A stretch of 61,683 bases of DNA from a virus, in the IMG/VR virus record IMGVR_UViG_3300045988_126295, positions 1-61,683 of that record; one strand, 5' to 3'. Shown here piece after piece: positions 32,868 to 40,730 of this stretch. The translations under genes and the position numbers were made by a program. The notes below the pieces were generated by a model, which worked only from the letters and a program-made list of their open reading frames with translations, had not been told where the DNA came from and did no database searches. How positions within the stretch are numbered: position 1 is the stretch's first letter; every line of letters begins with the position of its first letter.

Positions 32868-33004
32868 TGAACCGACATTGTTAGTTACACCGACAAAGGA
32901 GAGTAAAGAAAGGCTGTTGGTTTGCCCTTGTCAATAGGTGGCTATTCCTATCTATCCTTACAATACAAAATTAACACTTTTTAACCACATACACACAAAA
33001 CATG

Positions 33005-33493
33005 TCACATTTTATTCTTGCAACAAACGTAATCCCACGTTTTAGTCGCCGAACCTTTGTCGTTGGCACTCCAATCTTCATCAGCAAAGAAAAATAGATA
33101 GCCGATTTTTAGAATATCAGCATCTTCAAACTTCTTACAAAAATCGGAGTAGGCTAAATTGAATGCCACAAACCTGTCCCAAATCGTCGTACCGCTCGGG
33201 AATGTCATTTCTTTGGTAGCTTCCTCTATCTGATCTACCGTCCAATATCCACCCTTGTGTTCGTTGCCTTCCTTGTCTGTGTATTCCATATCGGCAACAT
33301 CGTGCATGGCAAACTCCTCGTTGTAATGGCATCCGCTCATGGCACCGTACAGCTTCCTTAACGCCAGCCAATACTTTTTAGGCTCCTTCTCTTTCATCGG
33401 CTCCAGCACATCCGAAAGAATGCGGGTACTCTCTATCATTACAGCTTCACCCTTGCCTTTGCCGTACTTTTCTATCAATTCATAAATAGTCAT
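33005..33493 (-). CDS. Hypothetical protein
   Basis: 162 aa. ATG verified. The C-terminus is duplicated as a remnant at 31950..32048. Confidence 0.6.
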   Translation of the reverse strand: MTIYELIEKYGKGKGEAVMIESTRILSDVLEPMKEKEPKKYWLALRKLYGAMSGCHYNEEFAMHDVADMEYTDKEGNEHKGGYWTVDQIEEATKEMTFPSGTTIWDRFVAFNLAYSDFCKKFEDADILKIGYLFFFADEDWSANDKGSATKTWDYVCCKNKM

Positions 33494-33530
33494 AATCTTT
33501 TCCCTTTCTTTTAATTAAGTAGTATGTTTC

Positions 33531-33800
33531 TTATCTGAATATCCTGCTTGCACCTCTTAGCAACACCTCAAAAATGGCGTCCCCGGTAAGGTTTGCTCCC
33601 ACCTCCCGCCAAAAATTGGGCTTGCTTTGCTTTCTGATTATTTGAAGCAGCAGGTCCTGCTGGCGAAGGTGATGTTCGTTGTTCTTTTCAATGTCTTTTT
33701 GTAAAAGTAAAAGAGCCTTGACACCGTCATCCTTGCAGTTACCTATACACTCGTTGAGGTATTTGTCCATGCAATACTTCATAATCTTCTTGTTGCCCAT
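33531..33800 (-). CDS. Hypothetical protein
   Basis: 89 aa. ATG verified. Confidence 0.55.
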   Translation of the reverse strand: MGNKKIMKYCMDKYLNECIGNCKDDGVKALLLLQKDIEKNNEHHLRQQDLLLQIIRKQSKPNFWREVGANLTGDAIFEVLLRGASRIFR

Positions 33801-33860
33801 ATTGTTATTTCTTTCCGCATGACGGGCATTTAACCGTCTTTACGGGCTTTGGTTTTACAA

Positions 33861-34172
33861 TTACAAATCTTCCCATAACCGATCGTATTTTTTGTTTATA
33901 TAAGCCAAAAGCAAATCAATCCATAGTGCGGCCAAAGCGCACAGAAAAGAAACAAGGATGCAACGAATAACCGGACCTCCGCATGCAATGCTGTAAGCCA
34001 GCGTGAGCCAAAAGCTGATACACTTGCTGCATTTCAGCTTCTCCGATAAGTGTCCTATCTTCTCCGGGTTTACCGGAACAAGTCTTTTCAAAATGCCTGC
34101 TATGGCATTGAAAAGTCCCAAATAGATGAACAGGCATACGGAAACGGTTATTATCATTGCATCCCCAATCAT
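33861..34172 (-). CDS. Hypothetical membrane protein (3 predicted TM segments)
   Basis: 103 aa. MIITVSVCLFIYLGLFNAIAGIL, ISFWLTLAYSIACGG, LVSFLCALAALWIDLLLAYI. Confidence 0.55.
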   Translation of the reverse strand: MIGDAMIITVSVCLFIYLGLFNAIAGILKRLVPVNPEKIGHLSEKLKCSKCISFWLTLAYSIACGGPVIRCILVSFLCALAALWIDLLLAYINKKYDRLWEDL

Positions 34173-34175
34173 ACA

Positions 34176-34724
34176 CTACTTGTTTTTGGATGATTTGGTT
34201 TCGTTTGCTAAGCTTTCATCTTCACCAAGCAATGCAGCTACGGCAGGCGCAGGAGCAGGGCTTGTGACAGTCAGGCCGAACTCTATTTCCACCGCATTTG
34301 TTTTCGTGCAGCAGTCTTGTACGTTGGTAGGACTTACCAGCACATTAGGCGTAACGGTAAGTGTTGCGGATGTGGGTACTGTGGTTGAATAGAACGGTAC
34401 GGTAATTGAAGTGAACACTGTATCCGTCTGCGGGCATACGTCACAATTGTTGCATCCGCATACGTATGGCAGATAACTTACCGAACCTACCAATTGGATA
34501 GACAGCGAATAAAGGTTTCCGCCTAAAGAATCAATAGACTTTAAAACGGCCCTCATGGTCCCGCTCAAAGGATATTGGGCGGTGATACAGATGTTCCGGT
34601 TGCGACACAGATAATGAATCAGGTCAATGTAATACATTATTGGGGATGGTGTCGTAGTCCCTGTGGCTACGGGGACAAGCTCCAATACGGAGGTTTGTCC
34701 CGATTTGTTTTTACAACAGCTCAT
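34176..34724 (-). CDS. Hypothetical Cys- and Thr/Val-rich protein
   Basis: 182 aa. MSCCKNK..., YVCGCNNCDVCPQ, DCCTK. Confidence 0.55.
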   Translation of the reverse strand: MSCCKNKSGQTSVLELVPVATGTTTPSPIMYYIDLIHYLCRNRNICITAQYPLSGTMRAVLKSIDSLGGNLYSLSIQLVGSVSYLPYVCGCNNCDVCPQTDTVFTSITVPFYSTTVPTSATLTVTPNVLVSPTNVQDCCTKTNAVEIEFGLTVTSPAPAPAVAALLGEDESLANETKSSKNK

Positions 34725-34747
34725 AATGAATCGTTTTTTTATTAATA

Positions 34748-34954
34748 TTATTCAGCAACGGGTTCCTCTGCTGATTGAGGGTATTTCTTTGGGTCTGCAA
34801 CTTGGTGATTTAACTCTTTGGCAGGCACAGGTGCATTTGCTTTCAATAGCACATCGAGTTTTGCTTCAATGTTTATCAGCCGTTGTTCCGTAGCTATCAG
34901 GAACTTATTGTTTGATACTGCTATCTCGTAAATGGCTTGTATGTATTCGTTCAT
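34748..34954 (-). CDS. Hypothetical protein
   Basis: 68 aa. ATG verified. Confidence 0.5.
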   Translation of the reverse strand: MNEYIQAIYEIAVSNNKFLIATEQRLINIEAKLDVLLKANAPVPAKELNHQVADPKKYPQSAEEPVAE

Positions 34955-34963
34955 ATTGTTTTG

Positions 34964-35164
34964 TTATTTAAAATATTTGATGATTTGATTTTTTACAAAC
35001 AGGTTGTCTTTCCATTTAGGAACGCACTCTGTCAGCTTTTGTGCCGTTACCGCTCTTCCCTCGGCAGCATGTTCGTTTACAAAGTTCTGCAATGCCTTTG
35101 AGGCTGCATCCGCTTCTTCCTGCGTATCGGCATATACTTTAAAATTTATTTCAAATCCTTTCAT
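34964..35164 (-). CDS. Hypothetical protein
   Basis: 66 aa. ATG verified. Confidence 0.5.
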   Translation of the reverse strand: MKGFEINFKVYADTQEEADAASKALQNFVNEHAAEGRAVTAQKLTECVPKWKDNLFVKNQIIKYFK

Positions 35165-35180
35165 AGTACATTTGTTTTAA

Positions 35181-35531
35181 TTACAACGGAGGCAGAGGCG
35201 GTGATACTGGAGCAGCACCCGAAGGCGGCATTCCACCTCCTTTTTTCAGGCTTTTCAAGAACTCTATGCCTTGCATGATATCGTTCTGATTTTCTTTCAC
35301 CCAGCCGAATATCGTTCCGGCAGTATCCCTTACCTGTTGCATGGTTGTGGGAGGGACAACATCAAACGTAGGCAGTTCTTCCATGTCCTTAGCGAGAAAA
35401 TCATACAGCTTCTCCGCTTCCTCTACGTTTCCTTTGGCTATCATCAGAGTTTGCATTTTCAGTGCAACCTTACTGGTAGGCTTTATCATTTTCAGCATTT
35501 CCATATTGTATTTTTTCTTTCTCCAAAACAT
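35181..35531 (-). CDS. Hypothetical protein
   Basis: About 116 aa from the first ATG at 35531 (the track start is TTG at 35540; another ATG is at 35504). Pro-rich C-terminus. Confidence 0.5.
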   Translation of the reverse strand: MFWRKKKYNMEMLKMIKPTSKVALKMQTLMIAKGNVEEAEKLYDFLAKDMEELPTFDVVPPTTMQQVRDTAGTIFGWVKENQNDIMQGIEFLKSLKKGGGMPPSGAAPVSPPLPPL

Positions 35532-35596
35532 AAGTAGCAATGTTTTTTGTAAAAAGGGAAAGGCTTAGTGCGCCCTTCCCCGATACCGAAATGCAA

Positions 35597-36073
35597 TTAG
35601 CCGTTGCAAGGACATCCGCAAGGCTGCGGTGCGCTGTACAATGCTACGGGCTGCGGACACATCTGTGAGCGACCAGTCAAACGGTCAGCCACGATCTGTG
35701 CTTCTGCCTGTGCGTATGCGCTTGCTCCTGCTCCCGCCAAAGCGTTAGCCGTAGCGCCTGTCTGAACATTTACGTAGTCAATCATGCGAGGTTGCTGATT
35801 TACACGTTCTGCGCGTTCTGCAATAGCCAGTTGAGCCAGTCGGTCAATGTCTCTTTGGTTAGCTTTGCTTCCCTGTGCGGCATAAACGCCACCGAAAATC
35901 CAAGCTCCGATACCAGTCAACAAGGCTGCACTACCGATAGTGATAGCTGCAATTGATGTTCCGCTGGGTCTCTTCGCTGTTTTTTCAGCCACCATGAAGT
36001 GTTCGTAGGAACTCATGTCGGTTCCGTCGGACATGGCTTTCATTGCCATTAAATCTTCTGCTGTCATAGTCAT
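35597..36073 (-). CDS. Hypothetical membrane protein with Ala-rich and Cys/Pro C-terminus
   Basis: 158 aa. TM segment IAAITIGSAALLTGIGAWIFGGVYA. Ends CPQPVALYSAPQPCGCPCNG. Confidence 0.55.
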   Translation of the reverse strand: MTMTAEDLMAMKAMSDGTDMSSYEHFMVAEKTAKRPSGTSIAAITIGSAALLTGIGAWIFGGVYAAQGSKANQRDIDRLAQLAIAERAERVNQQPRMIDYVNVQTGATANALAGAGASAYAQAEAQIVADRLTGRSQMCPQPVALYSAPQPCGCPCNG

Positions 36074-36232
36074 AAAATATTTATTGTTTCAAGGCAGCCC
36101 GATGTAGGCTGCATGACAAAGGACAGGATAAGTACTATGCCACCGAAATAATACCTTGCGAGTTCATTGCTAATTCATTGCTCGCATCCAATGCTAAAAA
36201 ATCACAATGATAGAAAAATAGTTATCTCATCC

Positions 36233-36263
36233 TTTGTGATTGATAGAATTATAGTTATCTTTG
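36233..36263 (+). promoter_or_regulatory. hicAB promoter (TTTG-N19-TATCTTTG) with ATAGTTATCT direct repeats
   Basis: TTTG at 36233-36, -7 box at 36256-63. ATAGTTATCT occurs twice, about 34 bp apart. Confidence 0.55.
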
Positions 36264-36317
36264 CAGCGTTATCCACATGACTGATAAGTCATTTCGTTTA
36301 ATTTTAAATCTTAGTGA

Positions 36318-36533
36318 ATGAAAGTTTTAAAAGTAAAGGCTGTGATAGCCTTATTAGAGGCGAAAGGGTGGAAACATATTAGGACTAATGGCGATCATAG
36401 AATTTTTAGGAAAGATGGCGAACCTCGCCCGATTCCTATTCCTGGAAATCCTAATGATGATTTAGCCATTGGAACACTTAAATCAATTTTCAGACAAGCC
36501 GGTTTAACAGAAGCTGACTTGAATGAAATTTAA
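36318..36533 (+). CDS. hicA: HicA-family mRNA interferase toxin
   Basis: 71 aa. LLEAKGWKHIRTNGDHRIFRKDG...IPIPGNPNDDLAIGTLKSIFRQAGL is the YcfA/HicA pattern. Confidence 0.8.
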   Translation: MKVLKVKAVIALLEAKGWKHIRTNGDHRIFRKDGEPRPIPIPGNPNDDLAIGTLKSIFRQAGLTEADLNEI

Positions 36534-36627
36534 TCCACTCTTTAGGGAACAGCAGGACAATAGCCAGTCCTGCTTTCTTTGAAGAGAGCAAAAAAGGATA
36601 TTATTAACGAGTAATAAATTATGAAGT

Positions 36628-37032
36628 ATGAAACCGCTAACCGTTATCATCGAGAAAGCAGAAAATAATTATTCTGCTTATATCCAAGAAGTAGATGGTA
36701 TTGTAGCAACCGGAAAAACCGTAGAAGAAATTAAAGCGGGCATCATCAACTCTATTAATGTATTAATAGAAGATTGCAAGGAATTTGGTGGTGTTATTCC
36801 TGTTGAACTTCAAGGAGACTATGAATTGTCGTTTAAAATGGACGTAAAATCATTACTCCAATTTTATTCCGGCATCTTTACAAAAGCTGGTTTAGAACGT
36901 ATCACCGGAATAAACCAAAAACAATTATGGCATTACGCATCCGGAATGAGAAATCCCCGTCCGGAACAAACTTTAAAAATAGAAACAGCGCTTCACAAAT
37001 TAGGTGAAGAATTATTGGCTATAAATTTATAA
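36628..37032 (+). CDS. hicB: HicB-family antitoxin (HicB fold plus C-terminal HTH-like region)
   Basis: 134 aa. LTVIIEKAENNYSAYIQEVDGIVATGKTVEEIK matches UPF0150/HicB. Lies downstream of hicA. Confidence 0.75.
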   Translation: MKPLTVIIEKAENNYSAYIQEVDGIVATGKTVEEIKAGIINSINVLIEDCKEFGGVIPVELQGDYELSFKMDVKSLLQFYSGIFTKAGLERITGINQKQLWHYASGMRNPRPEQTLKIETALHKLGEELLAINL

Positions 37033-37051
37033 CGCTGTTCCCTTTCCGCTT

Positions 37052-37354
37052 CTAAAAGCCCTCATTGAGAAATGGGGGCTTTAGCATTTCGCCAATATCA
37101 TATATACCACTCTTTATGCTCCACTTATTCATTTTATTTTCAAAATGATTGCGTATATAATTAACCGCCTGCCGGGTTAACCCCGTATTCTTGGATATAT
37201 CCTCGTCCGTCAGATATTTAGACAGAAAATATATTAAAATATAACGTGCGTCTACACATTCCTCCTTATTGCTTTCAATCATATCCAATTCTCCAACCCC
37301 CGTATGCCTACATACCGTAGACATCATAATCTGATACAAATCTCCTGTTTTCAT
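37052..37354 (-). CDS. DnaA-domain-IV-like HTH DNA-binding protein
   Basis: 100 aa. ECVDARYILIYFLSKYLTDEDISKNTGLTRQAVNYIRNHF resembles the Bac_DnaA_C HTH. Confidence 0.45.
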   Translation of the reverse strand: MKTGDLYQIMMSTVCRHTGVGELDMIESNKEECVDARYILIYFLSKYLTDEDISKNTGLTRQAVNYIRNHFENKMNKWSIKSGIYDIGEMLKPPFLNEGF

Positions 37355-37383
37355 ATTATTCTGCTTTAAAACATGTAATTATT

Positions 37384-37447
37384 AAAAACAAAAATCACAA
37401 CCCGGTGTTATTAAACTCGAAAGCCTCGTAACAACTCGGATTGTGAT
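37384..37447 (-). terminator. Long hairpin plus U-run downstream of the lysis cassette (minus strand)
   Basis: ATCACAATCC...GGGTTGTGAT outer stem. The plus-strand aaaaacaaaa gives a U-rich tail on the minus strand. Confidence 0.45.
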
Positions 37448-37548
37448 TGTTGTCTCTTGTGTTCGTTTCGCAGACAGAGGACAAGAGATAGGGGCTTTCT
37501 TTCTACTCTAAGCCCCGAAAGAGCGTCAGCTAAAGCCAACTTCTACAC

Positions 37549-38034
37549 TTATTTCTTTTTTATCCTTATGGCAAGCCAAATAACGGCCAATGCGACACAT
37601 GCAATGTTTAGCATCATGCTCGCACCTCCGTAATTGATTTTAAACCGTTCCCACCATGATAGTTTTCTTTCCACAGGATAAGGCTTTGGCACTTCAATTC
37701 TTCTTATCTTTTCAATGAAGTAAGGTATCTTGACCGTCACCGTAGATTGGGGATAGATGCCTAATGAGTGGTTCAATATCCCCTTATTCCAAGACGCATA
37801 ACTATAAGCATACGGGTTATGCAGGAATGACACAGTATCGCGGGTAGATACGCTGTCTTTATAAGGTATCAGCTTCTCCTGAAACGTTGTATCGTGGTAG
37901 ACTATACTGTCAAGCACTTTGGTTTCAACAGGCACATAGATCGTCCTCGTTCGGCACGAAGCAAACACGAACACCAGCAGCATAGCCAGCAATCCAACAG
38001 ACGCCCAAAACAATAGATTTCTTAGTTCTTTCAT
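37549..38034 (-). CDS. Unimolecular-spanin-like lipoprotein (N-terminal lipobox, C-terminal TM)
   Basis: 161 aa from the ATG at 38034. Signal sequence with lipobox LVFVFASC. C-terminal TM MMLNIACVALAVIWLAIRIKKK. Last gene of the holin-endolysin cassette. Confidence 0.5.
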   Translation of the reverse strand: MKELRNLLFWASVGLLAMLLVFVFASCRTRTIYVPVETKVLDSIVYHDTTFQEKLIPYKDSVSTRDTVSFLHNPYAYSYASWNKGILNHSLGIYPQSTVTVKIPYFIEKIRRIEVPKPYPVERKLSWWERFKINYGGASMMLNIACVALAVIWLAIRIKKK

Positions 38035-38038
38035 GGCA

Positions 38039-38479
38039 TTATCCTTTGAAATACACGACTTTACCCTTTGTCCCGTCATTACGCATATCAAGATGCACCC
38101 ACGTAACATCCTGCTCCAGTCTGACAGGATACGGAAGAAGTATTTGGTTTGCCTTAATCCAGTTGCGGACCTCAAGATCCGTCATGTCCTTTACATCGAA
38201 ATCAATGCCCGTACCTTGTATGTGTGCCGATACGTACACTTTTTCAAGCCTTGTCTTTTCTGCAACAAGCTGGCAGACATTGCATCTTAACCCTCGTTGT
38301 GTCAGATTACCGCCTACCTGCCAATTATTCACATAGATAGGCTTGCCAAGTTTCTCCCTGATAACAAGCAGTGTTTCCAACAGGCGGTTATCGAAGAACT
38401 GCCAAGCGTTATTACCGAACTTCTCGTACACGTGCCGGCATACAAGTTCCTGAATGTCGAAGTAGTCTTTAATATTCAT
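38039..38479 (-). CDS. Endolysin, peptidase M15 (L-Ala-D-Glu / D-Ala-D-Ala metallopeptidase type)
   Basis: 146 aa. SAHIQGTGIDFD (S-x-H-x-x-G-x-x-x-D) and WVHLD zinc ligand motifs. ATGA-coupled to the holin. Confidence 0.7.
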   Translation of the reverse strand: MNIKDYFDIQELVCRHVYEKFGNNAWQFFDNRLLETLLVIREKLGKPIYVNNWQVGGNLTQRGLRCNVCQLVAEKTRLEKVYVSAHIQGTGIDFDVKDMTDLEVRNWIKANQILLPYPVRLEQDVTWVHLDMRNDGTKGKVVYFKG

Positions 38480-38943
38480 TTCTTTTCCTCCTTATCTTTC
38501 GTTATTATCTCGCTAACATCTTCCTTATCAACATTAAAAACCTTTTTGCAGAATATGCCCAAAGCCTTTAATATGTTGAAATCATACCCCTTAGGCTTTA
38601 ATATGTTGCTTATAATAGAACAAAACTCTATAAAGCACACAAAGAGACAGGAATATATATCAATGTTCCACTTGTCTCCGGAAGCAATGTTTATCATCAC
38701 AACCATGCAGACAAAGGCAAAGTAAGTTACCATTTTACCCATAGTACGGCGTATGGCTCCGGAGAAACGTACTTCCTCATTCATTAATAAACTCTTTCTA
38801 ACTCCAAACGCCAAATCGCAGATAATAACTGAAAATGATACTATCAGCCAAGGTATCATATGCTCCAATGACTGCATAATAAAGCTGCTTGCTATCACCG
38901 CGAATCCACCCGGTATGCTTTGGGTAACAATGTTTTCTTTCAT
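38476..38943 (-). CDS. Holin (multi-TM)
   Basis: 155 aa with 3-4 hydrophobic segments and a charged C-terminus. Immediately upstream of the endolysin. Confidence 0.55.
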   Translation of the reverse strand: MKENIVTQSIPGGFAVIASSFIMQSLEHMIPWLIVSFSVIICDLAFGVRKSLLMNEEVRFSGAIRRTMGKMVTYFAFVCMVVMINIASGDKWNIDIYSCLFVCFIEFCSIISNILKPKGYDFNILKALGIFCKKVFNVDKEDVSEIITKDKEEKK

Positions 38944-38969
38944 TTTATCGTTATGTTTAAAATTCTTCC

Positions 38970-39099
38970 TATCTTTGTGTCACGTACAAACTGTAAGCGT
39001 AAATTTGATTAATCAGGCAGACTTTAGTTATCAAGATTACTGTTCGTATTAAATGGTCTGCCTTGCCCGCCTTATTCGTGAGAACAGGACGAGGTTTTT
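38970..39099 (+). ncRNA. Candidate sRNA unit 1 (-7 box TATCTTTG, about 115-nt transcript, terminator)
   Basis: -7 box at 38970-77. Inverted repeat CAGGCAGAC / GTCTGCCTTG. Terminator CCTTGCCC...AGGACGAGG plus TTTTT at 39061-99. Opposite strand to both flanking genes. Confidence 0.4.
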
Positions 39100-39147
39100 A
39101 TAATATATCTTTTAATACGTTTCATTTCGTTTCTATATTAATTTCTT

Positions 39148-39230
39148 TATCTTTGCAGACAGCATCAATAAACTAACTACTGTGCATCCCCGTTTGGCTC
39201 GTGAGAGTGGAACGGGGAATTTGCTTATTT
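39148..39230 (+). ncRNA. Candidate sRNA unit 2 (-7 box TATCTTTG, about 65-nt transcript, hairpin)
   Basis: -7 box at 39148-55. CCCCGTT (39188-94) / AACGGGG (39211-17) hairpin whose loop shares TCGTGAGA with unit 1. T-rich but interrupted tail. Confidence 0.3.
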
Positions 39231-39241
39231 GTTTCATCGTA

Positions 39242-40528
39242 CTATCTGCAAGTTATATTCACTGTCTGAACATCCATAGTTACGAATGAACCTTTATTGT
39301 CAGAGGTAGCCTCAAAGACCAAATAAGAAGCGGTGCCGGACCTTAACAGGCTGCTGAAAACCAAATAGAACTCCTGATACTGTCCCTCGGTTGAAGAAGG
39401 CTCTATATATATCTGACTGATATTCTGCAAAGAACTATTTGCGGGTTGTCCGAACTGGCTGCTTTGATATGTTCCGGCCACAACAGAGCATCTTATTTTT
39501 ATGGTCCCTTCTCCTGAAGAAGGCGTGAACGATGAGTTTTCAGGAATAATGTACATCCCCTTCGCCTTACGCTCTATCTTCATCCTTACACAAAAATATC
39601 TTGTGCCTGAAAAAGAGAAAGTAAGGTCGCTGTCTCTTGAATACCAAGTAGGATTAACCAACGTAAACGCCACATAGGTAAGGCTTGCCCGGCGGCTGAA
39701 ATAGTTTACTATGCTAATCCTTTTGAAAAACGGAGTATCGCTGCCATTCCATGGAGCTACAATGCCCGTTCCGCCCTCGGCACTTCCACTTGAGCTTATT
39801 TTCTGAACACCCATACATACATACAGCGACCGCCCGACAAGCTGGCTTGTATTCTGCATTATCTGCGAAAGCTGGATCTTTATATATTCTGCCCAGTCGG
39901 TAACGTTTGCAATATCTTGCCCTGATATTTGTTTGTAAGTCGGAGCGTCCATTACATAAAAAGGCATACCCGTTTCCAAGTAGCATTCAACAACAAACCT
40001 ATATCCGGAAGATGTCGTAAAAAAGTCCCTGAAATTAAAATCGGACCCCGAATTTATCATGCAAAAAGCAGTGAAGCTATCTTCATCAAACATATTCAGT
40101 TCCGACTTATAATTAGTTATGCCTGTTGTAAACGGCTGGACAGCCGCGGTATTGTACCCTTTGAAATCACCAAGTCGGTAAGGCTCACCCTGTCCGCCTC
40201 TCGGAAGCTGATATTCCCAGTTGGGGTAATTTGCTTGAGAAGGGTTTGTGGTAATTTCATAAGCCATTTTATTGAAATACACATATCCCGCCTTCAATGT
40301 TGGGGTAACCATTCCCCACATACACCCGTCCGCACGTGTAGGGTCTGTGCTATAATCAAGGTTGAAGTTTGTTGCCTTTCGGTAAGGTTTGTACTTGGCC
40401 CACTTGTTGATGTTAGCCCTCGTTTGGAAGAATGTTATCACCTCATTAGTGACACTTCCCCCCGCAGCGTTCAGTACGTCACGTATGTTACCTGCAAGGT
40501 TGACATCGGTATTAGGTACAATAGCCAT
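39242..40528 (-). CDS. Tail fibre / receptor-binding protein, paralog 2 (shared N-terminal anchor, unique C-terminus)
   Basis: 428 aa from the ATG at 40528 (GGAGGT 8 nt upstream). N-terminal NLAGNIRDVLNAAGGSVTNEVITFFQTRANINKWAKYKP matches the 42586 product. Confidence 0.6.
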   Translation of the reverse strand: MAIVPNTDVNLAGNIRDVLNAAGGSVTNEVITFFQTRANINKWAKYKPYRKATNFNLDYSTDPTRADGCMWGMVTPTLKAGYVYFNKMAYEITTNPSQANYPNWEYQLPRGGQGEPYRLGDFKGYNTAAVQPFTTGITNYKSELNMFDEDSFTAFCMINSGSDFNFRDFFTTSSGYRFVVECYLETGMPFYVMDAPTYKQISGQDIANVTDWAEYIKIQLSQIMQNTSQLVGRSLYVCMGVQKISSSGSAEGGTGIVAPWNGSDTPFFKRISIVNYFSRRASLTYVAFTLVNPTWYSRDSDLTFSFSGTRYFCVRMKIERKAKGMYIIPENSSFTPSSGEGTIKIRCSVVAGTYQSSQFGQPANSSLQNISQIYIEPSSTEGQYQEFYLVFSSLLRSGTASYLVFEATSDNKGSFVTMDVQTVNITCR

Positions 40529-40529
40529 A

Positions 40530-40730
40530 TCATACCTCCTTCCGTATAATGGTGATACCACCAGTAACAGCAATAGACATATCACTGTCACCGTCAATCT
40601 CGTAGTCTCCATGTACGACCCTGTCCGCTTCATATAGGCTTTCATCTGCATAACAAATTAGGGAATCCCCCCCCGATATATTGCTGTAAATCAGCAAGTT
40701 ACCCTTTATTAATAAATCAACTTTAGTCAT
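40530..40730 (-). CDS. Hypothetical protein
   Basis: 66 aa. The stop lies 1 nt before the next ATG, and the start overlaps the upstream stop. Confidence 0.5.
   Translation of the reverse strand: MTKVDLLIKGNLLIYSNISGGDSLICYADESLYEADRVVHGDYEIDGDSDMSIAVTGGITIIRKEV

Noticed and set aside
39929-40549. 206-aa plus-strand ORF (and 40389..40637, 39714..39986) overlapping the receptor-binding gene
   Set aside because: These lie entirely antisense to, or out of frame within, the longer minus-strand ORF. That ORF's N-terminus is paralogous to another fibre gene. The ORFs have no start context and a low-complexity composition.
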